This document shows, piece by piece, positions 25,373 through 38,759 of a stretch of 64,000 bases of DNA. Made by a program: the position numbers and the translations under genes. Each line of letters starts with the position of its first letter. Position 1 is the first letter of the stretch. The notes under the pieces are model-generated. The model worked only from the letters and a program-made list of their open reading frames with translations. It searched no databases and was not told the origin of the DNA. Source of the stretch: Mobula hypostoma (taxonomy: Eukaryota); contig NC_086097.1 of assembly GCF_963921235.1 (NCBI RefSeq), positions 41,108,001 through 41,172,000 of the forward strand, in the 5' to 3' direction.

Positions 25373-25739
25373 TTTTTTTTTCCTATTTTTGTATTTGCGC
25401 AGTATGTTGTTTTTTGCACATTGGTTGTCCACCCTGTTGGTAAGGTCTTTCATTGGTTCTGTTATGGTTATAGGAGTTATTGAGTATGCCCACAAGAAAA
25501 TGAATCTCAGGGTTTTTTATGGTGGCGTATTTGCACGTAGATAATAAATTTAATTTGAAAATTTGAACTTGAACTTTGAAAGGCAGACAACTTTATATCA
25601 AGTGTGTTGACATCATTGATTTGTCATTAATACTGACTACATTTAAATACTTGAACTTAACCCAGTACAGCTTCCTTTTACCCTGTGCTTTTAAGCATAG
25701 TATATTTACTAAATGCAATATATAAAGTTACTTATGATT

Positions 25740-27870
25740 GGAGATGACGAAGTAGATTGATGAAGGCAGGGCAATAGACATTGTCTACAAACGTACCTGG
25801 ACTTTACTAAGTTGATGGATAAAGTGTCTGGCGGTAGAATAGTTGAGGTGAGGGCATGTGAAATCCAAAATGAGTTGGCTAATTAATTCCCAACTGGGCG
25901 TGGTGGTAGGAGGCAAAGGATGATGATGGAAGAATGCTTTACTCATTGAAAATAGTGATATACCATAGGGATTGGTGCTGGGACCCTTATTGTTCGTGAT
26001 ATATATTAATGGCTGATTTAATTGTAAGAAGAATAATTTGTAGGTTTGTGAATGATGTGAAAATTTGTGATTTTGTGGGTAGCTAGGAAGGTTGTCCAGG
26101 GCTACAACAGGTTATAGGTCAGATGGAGAGGCGGGCAGTTTTGCAGATAGAATTTAGTCTCAACAATTGTCAGATGTTGCATTTTGGGAAGTTCAATAGA
26201 GGTTGGACATATACTATAAATAGGGCACTGAGGAATGTTTGTAAACTGAAGAACTTTTGGGTTCAGTCCATAGTTCCCTGTAAGAGGCAACACAATAGGA
26301 AGAGTAGTGAAAAAGGCATATTGCATGCTTGCCTTCAAAGATTAGGGAATGGAATATGTTACCACTTTACAAAACACTGGTTAGATGGCACATCTGTGTG
26401 GTTGGGTTTGCCAAACTGTACGTAGCACATGATTACACTAAAAAGAATGTAGAAGAGATTCACTGGGTTGCTGCTCTGATTGGAATTTTGGGGTGAGTCT
26501 GAATGGGGCTTTTTCAACCATATAAGATCCTGAAGGTGCTTGACAGGATAGATTTGATCACAAACAAGAGAAAATCTGCAGATGCTGGAAATCCTAGCAA
26601 TCCTTTGGAAGGACCAAAGGATCTTGGCCTGAAACATCGACTGTACTCTTTTCCATGGATGCCGCCTGGTCTGCTGAGTTCTTCCAGGATAGATTTGAGA
26701 TGTTTTCACTGGTAGGAAGTCACAAAATGTGGGGCATTACAACAGAATTAGGGCCAGTCTCTTAAAAAGGAGAAGCATATATGTTTCTTCTCTAAGAGTG
26801 ATGTGAATCTCTGGAATTCTCTGCCCCCAAGGGTGATGAAGGCCTGATCATTAAATATTGTTAAGGTGCAGATGGATGCAGAGAAATTGAAACACAAGAT
26901 GAAGTCCTAATGAAGCGTTTTGACTGAAAAATCGACTGCTTTTCCTCTCCAAAGATGCTGCCTGACCTGTTGAGTTTCTCCAGCATTCTGTGTTTGTTGT
27001 CTCAGATGCAGAGAAACTTTGGGGCTTATAGAGCCGTTAATGGAATGGTCAAGGAATTAGCTGGTAGAATTTGAAGTATTTTGAAAGATGTGATGTGTTC
27101 CACTTTAGTAGAAAAAATTACAAAAGCAAGACTATTTTTTAAATAGTAAGAGATTGGAAGTTGCTGGTGCTAAGAGAGGCCTCATTTTCTTTGAAGCAGA
27201 AAAATAATGTGCAATAACAGTGAGCAATTAAGATATCAAGTTGGCCTTTATTCTGAGATTACTGTACAAGTGTAAAGATACTTTTACTGTAATTATATAG
27301 AGACCCATTGAGATTAGCTCGAGAAAAATGGAAGGTGTTTTCATTACAATGTACATAATTGTTGCAGAGCTTGACAGGGTAAATGTGACATTGATGTTTC
27401 CCCAGTGGTCTATTGGGAATCGCAGACCATGGCCTCAAAAACAAAGTGGCCATTCAAAACAGAGGAAGGAAAATATCTCTACTCAAACAAAGGTAATCTT
27501 TGGATTTTTTTTTATCTAAGAGAACTTTGAAGACTCTGTCGCTGACTTTATTCAGGACAGTGATTGATTGATGGTAGGAAATCCTTCTCCTTAGCAGAAG
27601 AGTTTAAAACCAGAGAAGGTAGTTTATGGTAAGATTTGGAGGGGATCTGAGAAAGAATTTGTTCACTTGACAGATAATTGGGATCATCTGTGAGTGTGGT
27701 TGAGGTGGTTGAGGCAGCAACTCACACATTTAAGTGTCCAGACGAGCACACGGCACAGAGGGCTATGGGTCAAATCTTGCTGAATAGATTTAATAAATAG
27801 ATGGATACATATGGTTGGCGTGGATGTGAAGGGGTGTGGCTAAAAGGCCTGTTTCTGTACATGACTGACT
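25740..27870 (+). mobile_element. Cluster of old CR1 fragments with two inserted PLE repeats (about 26558-26687 and 26903-26999)
   Basis: Degenerate CR1 motifs (ATACCATAGGGATTGGTGCTGGGACCCTTATTGTTC; CQMLHFGKFN) and PLE tails GCCTGAAACATCGACTG and AGTCCTAATGAAG...ATCGACTG. Confidence 0.7.
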
Positions 27871-27939
27871 TCAAATGCATCTGTTGAAGAACTGTAATTA
27901 AGCCCAGAAATGTTATTACATTTTATTTATTGACTTAAT

Positions 27940-28185
27940 TTATGTAGAGAACTGGCCCTTTGGGCCCAACGAGCCACGCCACTAAGTAATATCCTGTTTA
28001 GCCCTAGCCTAATCACAGGACAATTAACAATGGCCAATTTACCTACTACCTGGTATATCTTTGGACTGAGGGAGGAAACTGGAGCATCTTGAGGAAATCA
28101 ACATTGTCACGGGTAGGACGTACAAATATCCTGTAGATGGTGTCAGAATTCAACTCTGAATTCTGTTACCCCAAGCTGTGGAAGT
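27940..28185 (-). mobile_element. V-SINE-related element
   Basis: CTTTGGACTGAGGGAGGAAACTGGAGCATCTTGAGGAAATC is the reverse complement of the V-domain core. Confidence 0.65.
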
Positions 28186-29767
28186 GTTTTTTTTTTCATT
28201 TGCTGTTAATCACAGCTATTTAGGTTTGTGGCATTTATGAGAAATACTATATTTATTTCTTTCTCACAAATGCTACAAACGTCTGCCTTGATTACATGAA
28301 CACAAAATTTACAACCTGCATAACATATGAGAAAGCCATTACCTGTAAGATACCAAAGATAAGAAATTTATTGCTCAATCAGTGTTCAGATCATCTGGTA
28401 ATCCATGCAAAAATGAACTCATAGGTAGAAACCAAGGGCAGAGAGATTGGGGTTAACCTTTGCTGGTGTATAAACACATTGCTTGGCTGGTGGCAAATTA
28501 TAGCCCTGCAAGAAGATCATAAAACTGATGGAAGATGTGCAGCTTTTAGTGAGGATTATCCTCAAAATAATGTGTTACTTTGTGGCCTGCCAAGGTCACA
28601 GTGCGAGTCACCCTGATTTATCACACTGCCACTATGCCACTGGATGGCAATCAGAGAAGGGCGTCAGCCCTTGAAGTCACACCCCCCCCCCCCATACCCA
28701 TTGCAGATGCACGTCAGGCTCTCTCAACTGGAATGGACAAGAGAATGACCAAAGAGGATCTAGAATTTCTGAAAAAGAAATTGAAGTGTTGGAGAATGAT
28801 CATCTTTGGGAGAGAGAAACCATGGCTGAGGTGTGATGCAAAAAGAAAATACCATCGCCTCACTGAAAATCTCATCAACCTAATTAATATATCTTTTTAA
28901 TGCTGATAATTTCCCAAATTCTATAAATGAATGCAAACAATAAAAAAATTATTCACTTCATGCCCTCTATTGGAGCAGAAACAGCTAGGAGTGGAGGAAG
29001 TCCTGCTGGATGGGAAGGGACTTCACATATACAGTCCCTCACCAGTCAAGAAGGACGGGTCTTCCTCAGGGACAGAAAGACAACTGAGGAACCCATTGAA
29101 TTAACTCCTATGTAATTGCACATTCTCTAAAGCACACTTTGTCAGTTTTCCCAAAATCTGAGTACTCGGGAAGCAGTGTGAGTGTTCTAATTTATAAGAA
29201 CTCGGCAGGTGAAGTGTAGTGTGTGTAAACATTGAACTCGATGGGTGGCGCTCTCTCCTTCCAGGATCTTGACGTCCAATTCGTGTTAAGAAGATTTTCA
29301 AACAGGCATTCCCTGATGATTGAAGTGTGCATCCTTTGCCAGGAAAACTTCCAACATGGCAACTTGTCTCTTGACTGGAAGTGCCTAGTCCAATTTCACA
29401 ACTGCTGCAATTTGCTGGAGAGTAGCAGACAAGCAATCTCACATCTTCCAGAGGATTGCTGGCTTCCCAGCATGCAGGCTGCACATGCAATGACTTGTGA
29501 TTGGCAGGTTTCAACTTAAATCAAAAGGATCCGCACACTCCTCACCCCACTGCCCGCCCAGACTGACTTTATGCAGTTACTGCTCGCATCCTGTTTGCAG
29601 TCATGATCTCTTGAATGAGGTGTGGGGGCTACCTGGCATGATAGTGTAGTTACTGACTCCAGTTATCAGTGAGGAGGTTGCAGATGGACATAAATGAAGC
29701 CCTAAATTGGCTCCAGGTGTTAACTGCCTTTAAAAACATGAGTTGCTGAAAATCTCGAGGAATATAG

Positions 29768-29940
29768 ACAAAATGCTGGATGAAGTTAGAAGCTCAGGTA
29801 GCATTTATGGAGAGGAATAAGCAGTTGATGTTTCGGGCTGAGATCTCAACCTGATGAACAGCTTTGGGCCCAAAATGTCAACTGTTTATTCCTCTTCGTA
29901 GATGCTGCCTGACCTGCTGAGTTCCTTCAGCATATTGTGT
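29768..29940. mobile_element. Inverted pair of PLE 3' repeats
   Basis: Minus-oriented tail 29768-29845 abuts a plus-oriented copy starting CCTGATGA (29850); the arms are mutually complementary. Confidence 0.85.
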
Positions 29941-30439
29941 GAGCTAAGTTTATAATTCACAGCCTGGTTTTAAGTAGTCCTTTGAAGAAGTTGTGATTCA
30001 TCCCCTTTGTAGTCTCTGCAACCGAAGAGCAACACGATTAGTTCTGGCTGCCCTCTACAAACACACTAATCAGGCAGCAGCAAGTGTGTGTGTGCTTCCT
30101 GCTCTGTGCGTTCTCCACACATCCCCATTTCTATACCTAGTTATGGGTATTAACCTACTTAGACCTCATTTGCCTCAGGTTTTCTCATTACTTTCTAAGA
30201 CTAAATAATAATTCATCTCATTTTAAAGTATTTTATCCATATTCATTCCCTACTTAGTTTAATATCACTGATAAGTTTGCATTTGAAGCTATTGAAGCAG
30301 ATTAGAAGGACTGGTCAGGCCAACGCTGATAGTTTGGGCCTCTGCAGCTGGACTTCATTATCGGAAGATCACTGTCAGTGCAGCTTGGTATTAACATCTT
30401 GCTGGTAATGAACGAGGATGTATGTTTAGTTCATTACTC

Positions 30440-31110
30440 TGTGCTCATGACTATATGATGACTAAGTACAGCTCAAATGCCATACATAAATTTGCCGATG
30501 ACACCATTATTGTTGGCAGAATCTCAGATGGCAATGAAGACTGAGATAGACTGGCTGGTAGAGTGTGTCACAACAACAACTCCACACCCACCGTCAGCAA
30601 GATCAAGTCATTGATGATGGTCTTCAGAAGGAGATGTTGGGGGAACTCGCACCAGTTCTCTTTGAGGAATCAGTGGTAGAAAAGGTGAGCAGCTTCAAGT
30701 TCCTTACCATCAACATCTTAGAGGATCTAACCTGAACCCAGTACATTTATGCAATCATGAAGAAGGCATACCTTTAGGAGTTTGAGGAGATTTGGTGTGT
30801 CACAAGACTCCTGCTAATTTCTACGCTAGTACAGTTGCATCACATCCTGCTACAGAAGCTCTAATGCAAAGGGTAACAAGAGGCTACAGAGTTGTTGACT
30901 CAGCTAAACCTGACACAGGCACACCTTCCCCTCCATCGAGGACATCTTCAGGATGCAATGCCTCAAGAAGGCAGTATCCATCACGAAGGAACCTTACCAT
31001 CCGGGACATGCCCTCTTCCCTTTACTACTGTGGGGGAAGAGGTACAGACGTCTGAAGGTCCCTACTTAATGATTCAGGAACAGCTTCTTTCCCTCCACCA
31101 TCAGATTTGA
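30440..31110 (+). mobile_element. Rex1/Babar-like LINE fragment
   Basis: CATAAATTTGCCGATGACACCATTATTGTTGGCAGAATC (KFADDTIIVGRI) and AGCAGCTTCAAGTTCCTT. Confidence 0.8.
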
Positions 31111-31755
31111 TGCAAGTCTTTGATGGATACAAGCTGCTCGATAGCACTATGTGAACACCTTTCACTAGCTCGCTGATGATTGGCAGTCACTTCAGTGCCT
31201 GACAGAAGAAATATTTGCATTCTAATTCTATGTTAAGTATTATAGCACAAGTTTGTCTTGTACACTGGTTCAATTTATTACTGACAATTGGAGATTATTT
31301 AAGGAGAATGGTTTGCCTTCTAATAGACTAACCATTGTCACATTAATACTTCAGTAGCCTACAGTCCCCATTTTGTGTTCACCAACCTGGTCTTCTCCAG
31401 CACCTTCTCCATAGGTTCTGCATCCTTATTTGGGAGCAGGCTACATTGATGGGAAGGGCTTGTGTTGGAGATGTCTTCACTTTTCTGGTGCCAGCCAGTG
31501 TTCAGTAAATTTGATCTGAGCTGTCTTGTGTGTTCCTAAGCCGTTGCAGTTGGAAATGGAGAAGAACATCACTCTTTCATGAGTCTGTTTATTAAATTCT
31601 CTAGATTGTATTGATAAAGGATTTGATGCAAGAGACAAGCTCTGTTCAATGTGCAAACACTAAAAGAATGAGTATCATTTTGATATCCTAACCTTTGTGA
31701 TTTTTGCCGTTTTGGCGCATTAAATGGCTGCTACACATTATTAATCAACAAGCTG

Positions 31756-32768
31756 CAGAATCAGGATTCGTATCACCAGCACGTGATGTAATATTTGTTA
31801 ACTTAGTAGCAGCAGTTCAATGCAATACAGAATATAAAAGAAAAAAATAAAATAATAATAAGTATGTAAATCTTATTCAGTATTCCTTATACGGTATACA
31901 TATATTGAATAGATTAAAAATCATGCAAAAAACAGAAATACTATATATTAAAAAAAAGTGAGGTAGTGTCCAAAGGTTCAATGTCTATTTAGGAATTTGA
32001 TAGCAGAGGGAAAGAAGCTGTTCCTGAATCGCTGAGTGTGTGGCTTCAGGCTTCTGTACCTCCTACCTGATGGTAACAATGAGAAAAGGGCATGCCCTGG
32101 GTGCTGTCTTTTTGAGACACTGCTCCTTGAAGATGTCCTGGGTATTTTGTAGGCTAGTACCTAAGATGGAGCCAACTAAATTTGCAACCCTCTGCAGCTT
32201 CTTTCGCTCCTGTGCAGTAGCCACCCCCCCCCCACCCCCGTACCAGGCAGTGATGCAGCCTGTCAGAATGCTCTCCACGGTACATCTATAGAAGTTTTTG
32301 AGTGTATTTGTTGGCATACCAAATCTCTTCAAACTTCTAATAAAGTATAGCCGCTGTCTTGCCTTCTTTATAACTGCATCAATATGTTGGGACCAGGTTA
32401 GATCCTCAGAGATCTTGACAGCCAGGAACTTAAAACTGCTCACTCTCTCCTCTTCTGATCCCTTTCTGAGGATTGGTATGTGTTCCTTCATCTTACCCTT
32501 CCGGAAGTCCACAATCAGCTCTTTTATCTTACTGACATTGAGTGCCAGCTTGTTGCTGTGACACCACTCCATTAGTTGGCATATCTCATGCCCGTACGCC
32601 CTCTCATCACCACCTGAGATTCTACCAACAACGGTTGGATCGTCAACAAATTTATAGATAGTATTTGAGCTATGCCTAGCCACACAGTCATGGGTATAGA
32701 GAGAGTAGAACATTGGGCTAAGCACACACCCCTGAGGTGCACTAGTGTTGATCGTCAGCACGGAGGAC
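31756..32768 (-). mobile_element. Rex1/Babar-like LINE, 5'-truncated, with a long open RT frame (32063-32821)
   Basis: APQGCVLSPMFYSLYTHDC...YKFVDDPTVVGRI...LNVSKIKELIVDFRK...KKARQRLYFIRSLKRF...VESILTGCITAWYG. Confidence 0.93.
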
Positions 32769-34121
32769 GTGGTCGTATCTGAACTATGAGTTTGTGGATG
32801 ACAGGCACTTACTGGTCTCACAGCTCATGTCTCATCCATGCCTGGCTGACTGCAAAGTGACCTGAGGTCGGAGTTGTTACAGTGAACTCTCCATAGCACT
32901 CATGGAAGTGAGGGAGGTGGGGGGTTATGGCAAATGGAAGTTCAAGGCGAGAGAGAACTCAAAAGCTTGAAGGGGTGATGAGTTAATGGGTGCAGCAGAG
33001 TGTGAAAGAACCTCCCACCCCGTGGAAGAGCTGCAGTCAGGTCTGTATCATGATTAGGCTACTGTTACAGTGATCATTGAGGTTAAGGTTTGCAGCATCT
33101 CACTAAGCTGAGGTGTTCTCAGATGCTACAGTCCTTCTCTGTATGACCTGTCTGTATCAAGGCAGTGCAGTGATTATAATATAGACACCACATCTAGAGC
33201 CCTTTAAATTCCATATTGTTCTGTATCACTGTGAATGAAAAAAATAAACGCTGCAGCTTTACAGCCTGATTTCTAGATGTAAGTCAGAAACCTGTGCTGT
33301 GTCTGTTTATGATTCATTTGTTTTGTGGCGGCAAGTTCCTGGTCCATTTTCCCAGTGGGCGATGATACCACAAGGAATAGCTGCAAGCAAAACATCAACA
33401 AATATATTTATGAACAAATTATGCTGAATAAAGATGCAAAATAATTTTTCTAATCCAATTTCCAGCTTTTAGTGTTCCATAATTTCCTTTGGTGTTAGAT
33501 TCCAAATTCAAATGAATGAGTCAGAATGAGTTCAATCAGAATGGACTGTAAAAATGACTAATTAGTTTGAATAGATACACATAGAAATGTCCAGTGCAAT
33601 GTCTAGCCATTGTTTTATTGCTGTTTTGAGTGGTTTTTTTTGAGTCGAGATTACTTCTAGTGTAATACAAGTTTACAGCCATTAAACATGAGATAAGATT
33701 GTCTTAGGAAATTAATGTTATTATGAAGCCTGGGAAATTCTGTCTCACTGTACAATAAACAACAGAGTCTGCCTTTCTTATGGATGTATGAATTTGATAG
33801 AGAAATTTAATCTTAATAATAAAACTGCTTCATGCAATATCCTTGTATCCAATCACAGAGGCAGGAAGATAGCATCAATAAAACTATTTTATCACCGTGT
33901 ACTTCTGTGGACAAATTACACAAATTTCTGTGGAATTACAACAAACTCGGGCAACAACTGAATTAAGCTGCAGGTAGTCAGCATGATCAAAAGAAAAATT
34001 ACCCACAAGAACAGAAGTGGCGAGTCTGGACTTAAGCTTGTAATGACAATTGCTGACCTTCCAAACTAAAACCAACAAAGCTTGTTTATTCCAAGAGGAA
34101 AGAAATGAGGCATCTTAAAAT

Positions 34122-34475
34122 ACATAAATGTGAGAAAGTTTGCAGATGCTGTAAATCCAAACCAACACGCAAAATGCTGGAGCAACTGAACACCTCAGGC
34201 AGCATCAATGGAGAGGAATAGACAGTCAATGTTTCAGGCTGAAACTATTCATCAGGGTTGGAAAGGAAGGGGGAAAAAGCCAGAATAAGAAGGTGGATTG
34301 GGGGGAGGGTGTACAAGCTGGCAGGTGATAGATAAGACCAGGTGAGGGGGAAGGGGTTGAAATTAGAAGCTAGGAGATGGGTGGAAGCGGTAAAGAGCTG
34401 AAGAAGGAAGAAGCTGATAGGAGAGGAGAATGAACCATGGGAGAAAGGGAAGGAGGAGGGTCACCAGAGGGAGAT
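34122..34475 (-). mobile_element. PLE 3' UTR and tail, older subfamily, degenerate hammerhead
   Basis: Minus strand CCCTGATGAATAGTTTCAGCCTGAAACATTGACTG, plus the family tail and UTR. Confidence 0.82.
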
Positions 34476-36713
34476 CGTATTGGTTATGAATACACCAGGA
34501 ATGAAATTGGTGATATGATTGTGTATTAATGATTTAGATGTGATGATAACACAAAAATATAAAATATCATTTTAACAGACTATTGTAGAAAGTAATTTTC
34601 ACCTTTTCAGGACTTTGCTGACAGAAAACTAGGTTAGAGGCAAGTGTCCCTGGAGCCCAGTTTGGAATTAGCATAAATCCAAGTTTAATGTCTGAGCTCA
34701 TGCAATTCAAGCAGGTCAATAGAATTGAGTTATGACTATGTATTAGGCTAAGACTTGGCTAAATAGCATTATGAATCCAACTCAAAGCCACATTTTCTCT
34801 TGTGATGCAGCTGCAAGAAGAACTGGCCATTAAGGTGGTTTGAATTTGGTATGGCCTTGACTGGCTGAAGGTTATATGCAACAAATTATATATTGAAGCA
34901 TTCCTTAATGTCTCAATGCAACACCTTGCCTAATCTTTCTTCATCTATGCTCATTGTCCATATGCAGAACTGTGGGATGACTTTAGACATCTTGTAATTA
35001 CAGGAAAATATCTACTGAAAAATGTCCAACAACATTAGCAATCAGATTAGTTCCTCTTACCTTCAAGGAATGACCATTGATCAAGGAAAGACATATTGAT
35101 TCGTGAAAAATTGGGTTTCTTAATAAATGTTTTAAAGCAGTTAAGGTAACATAGTTATTTTTCTAGATGGGAAATGGGAGCCCCTGGAAAGGAAATGAAT
35201 CCTGTGAGAAGGGGCAATAAAGGCTTTGTTCTCTTCTCCATGGGAAGTGATGTTTCTCAGTAATCCGTGGTATAATTTCAAGTTATAATTTTATATATCA
35301 ATTAATTGAATGAAGAATGAGGTGCCTAAAAATCAGATCATTGGCTTCTGTTTATCTGGAGTCTAGTCACAGTCCATGTTTAGCCAGACTTGCATTATTA
35401 ATATTTTAATGTTTGAAATGAAGGGGAGTGAACTGAATTGCACCGTATATTTTCAGGTCACCCTGATTTTGCTTTGGAAATATTATTCGGATAAACAAAA
35501 GTAGATCTATGAAGAATGGGTAGTGACTTCCACCATTCCCCAACCTCCCAACTTTCATAGTGCTGAACCACCTCCATACACTGTGAAAATAAATTCATAT
35601 GGGCAACTATTTCAGAGCACTTTGTTCTCTGGAATCCCAAATCTATAACTCGGGTTGTACATAGCACATGCTTATAAAACATTGACCTACTGATGAACTA
35701 TTTGCTATGCTCAGATGCACTTTGCTATTCTTTGCAAACTGGTCACCCAGTCAGCTTTGTAACAAATATGTATCCTATAATTAATTGAATATGAGTTTTA
35801 GGATAATTTTTTGGATTCATTTTTAAAGTGATATGAAGTATAAGATGGTTTACGAAAATATAAATATATTAAACCTCAAGATCTTAATCTTTTACATTAA
35901 TCTTGGTTAGAAAATAATGTGTTTTAATAAAAGAACAACTTTTTTTCTGTTATGGTTACATTGAATTTATAAAGTTTATTCAGGAAATTGGCATTTTTAT
36001 AGCTGTGTATCCTTTGGCATCTTCTAGCAAGATTCATGAAGAAATGGACATAACAAATACTGCTAAAATAATAGGAGTGCTGGAGAAATATCAGTCATAA
36101 AGCAGGATTTTAGTAATTTGGCAACAGCAAAATTCACAGTCTATATTTTTCAGTCATAGTTCTCATATCCACAGATAACATTACACTACGATATATTTCA
36201 ATGTAAGCCCTTTGCTTTCAAAGCTAATTAAACTTTTCAATTATAATATTGTTTTCATTTTCACATGAGAACAATTATCTTCATTTCCTAGGACTTATGT
36301 TGGGCTGCTAGTAGATGTGAAAAATACAGAAAAAAACAATGGACTTGACAAGTCAGGCCACAGCTGATGGAAGGTGAGATCTGATAGCAGCCAGAGCCAG
36401 AGCCATTGACAGTATGAGTGAAATGCTATGAAGCCATTTTTGATTGGCTGGAACATGAATTGGCAGACCTGGTCTGGCAGGGTTAAAGTCACTGCATCCA
36501 ATTAAATAACCAGGATCAGAGCATGGTGAGCTTTGTTACAGTGATTGAAGCTCCACGCCAGGAGCAAAATCCCACAAAATTTTTTAGACTCAAATATTTC
36601 TGAAGGCATTATACTGACTGCATAGTAGAGTACTTCGCTTGTGATTCTTTATTTTTTATGTAAATTAAATAAAATCATAAAGAGAGCTTTCATAAATCAA
36701 TTTCATAAATCAT

Positions 36714-37560
36714 GGCCTTCATAAATCAATGTCTTAAGTGCAGGAGTTGGGATATTATGTTGAAGTTGTGTAAGACGTTGGTGAGGCCTAATTTGGAGTA
36801 CTGTGTGCAGTTCTGGTCACATACTTGCAGGAAAGATATCAATAAGATTAAAAGAGTAAGGAGAAAATTTTAAGGACTTGAGTTATAGGGAAAGATTGAA
36901 TCAATTAGTACTTTATTTCCTGGAAATAAAGCCCAGAACACCCAATAGTTGTATAAGACACTGAAAATTTACAAGGATGTTGCCACGTCTGGAGAACCTG
37001 AGTTATAAGGAATGATTGAATAGGTTAGAACTTCATTCATTGGAATGGAGAAACTTGAGAGGAGATTTGATAGAGGTGTTCAAAATTATGAAGGGTAAAA
37101 TAGAATAAATGCAAGCAGGCTTTTTCCACTGAGACACGAGGAAATCTGCAGATGCTGGAATTTCAAGCAACACACACAAAAGTTGCTGGTGAACGCAGCA
37201 GGCCAGGCAGCATCTCTAGGAAGAGGGACAGTCTTGCTTCCTGGCCTGCTTTTTCCACTGAGGTTGGGCAAGACCAGAACTTGAAGTCTTATGTTAAGAG
37301 TGAAAGGTGTAATATTTAAGGGGTACCTGAGGGTGGGGGGGCTTTGAGAGGGTTGTGAGAGTGTGGAATGAGTCGCTAGAGGAAGTGGTAGATGCAGGTT
37401 CAACTTAAACATAAGAGGGAAAATTGGATAAATACATGGATGGGAGGAGAATGGAGGAATATCGTTCAGGTACAACCTGATAGGACTAGGAAGAATAGTT
37501 CAGCATGGATTAGAAGGGCCAAAAAGCCTTTTTTGGGCTGTAATACTCTGAGTCTATGAT
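36714..37560 (+). mobile_element. CR1-clade LINE 3' fragment
   Basis: GTGAGGCCTAATTTGGAGTACTGTGTGCAGTTCTGGTCA encodes VRPNLEYCVQFWS; CR1-type 3' end. Confidence 0.8.
37134..37247 (-). mobile_element. PLE 3' repeat starting at the hammerhead cleavage site, with 15-bp TSD
   Basis: Family tail 37134-37233, short inverted piece 37234-37247, direct repeat GCTTTTTCCACTGAG at 37119-37133 and 37248-37262. Confidence 0.9.
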
Positions 37561-38206
37561 AGTACAGCCCCTGTACCACTGCATCAAAAATATATTTAGC
37601 TATTGTCTTGGGTCAAATTATGGCCATCATTTCTAATGAATATTGCATCCTTTTCTTCTGCTGTGGTTTGCTGTCTTCCCTCTTTATCAATTTAGTGAAA
37701 TTTCAGACAATTTCAGAAAAGGTGGATAAAATTAGATTATGGAACATTGTGATACCTTACACAGCTGTTGTTATCTCTCCATTACCTCTGACCCATGACC
37801 TAACTGGAATCATAGTAATGAGTATTATTACCTCAAAACTGATGGAAGATCAGAGTCTGGTTAATCCCACTGTTGATAAGTGGTCCTAGGAGACTGCCTA
37901 AGAAGAAGAAGGAAAAGAAAAAAGGTAGTAATTTTGGTTTAAAGTACTTTTCAGTAAAGAGGCTTATTTTAAAGAATGCTTAATCTAGTTTCTCACTGAA
38001 GCAAGAAACCATCATTGTATCATAAATATGATATATGTATTAAGATGCCAAGTGCAGTCTTGTGGATAATTGTTTTGTTCAAGTGACAAATTCTGATGTT
38101 CTATCTTTCAGGTTTGAATTTGCAGATCAGAATTTTTGAAAGTGATTCTTACTGATTAATACCATTGTTTGTACACAGTTGTGAGGAAGGAAGAAGGACG
38201 GGATTA

Positions 38207-38207
<1 letters not shown>

Positions 38208-38244
<37 letters not shown>
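38208..38244. repeat. (TG)18 microsatellite
   Basis: Perfect dinucleotide run. Confidence 0.98.
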
Positions 38245-38248
<4 letters not shown>

Positions 38249-38759
38249 AAGATACTAGTATTCGTAAAGTGTTTTCACGTTCCACACTTGCAACTCCAAT
38301 GGAATGAAAATTGGTAGTGAGTACGATATATGGTGGATGCTCAGTGCCCATTTAACACCAGAACCAAAGGCACTAAAGCTTTACCCTCTGAAAATTGACA
38401 AGGTTTTAATGATGCAAATAGAAAAGTTGGTTGGGACATTGCACTGCTGTTTCTTTTAATTAATGCCATGAGATCTTTTGTGATCTCCCAAGAGCAGGAG
38501 AGGTCTCAGTTTCACACTAAATTGAAAAGATCACCAGCAATATCTACAGCAGGATTGCACAAGTTACAAAGCGATAATCTGCTTTTGATCAGGTGCTGCT
38601 TGAAGAAGAAATCCACCAGAACAATAGGCAGAACCTCATGGTTTTTCCTAACTGAGGACACTAGCCTTTGTTAGCTATCTGAGAGTCAGGCAGGCTCATG
38701 GATAAACATCTTATCATCGGCATAAGATATTTATCCTCGATGCTTTGTAATCCTGAGTC

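Larger units (their letters stand above)
23570..25580 (+). mobile_element. Rex1/Babar-like LINE hosting Penelope and R4/Dong insertions
   Basis: TTTAAGTTTGCCAATGACA (KFADD remnant); DTAQSITGKALPTIEHIY...LLPSGRRYRSLK; tail TTTGAACTTGAACTTTGAA. Confidence 0.85.
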
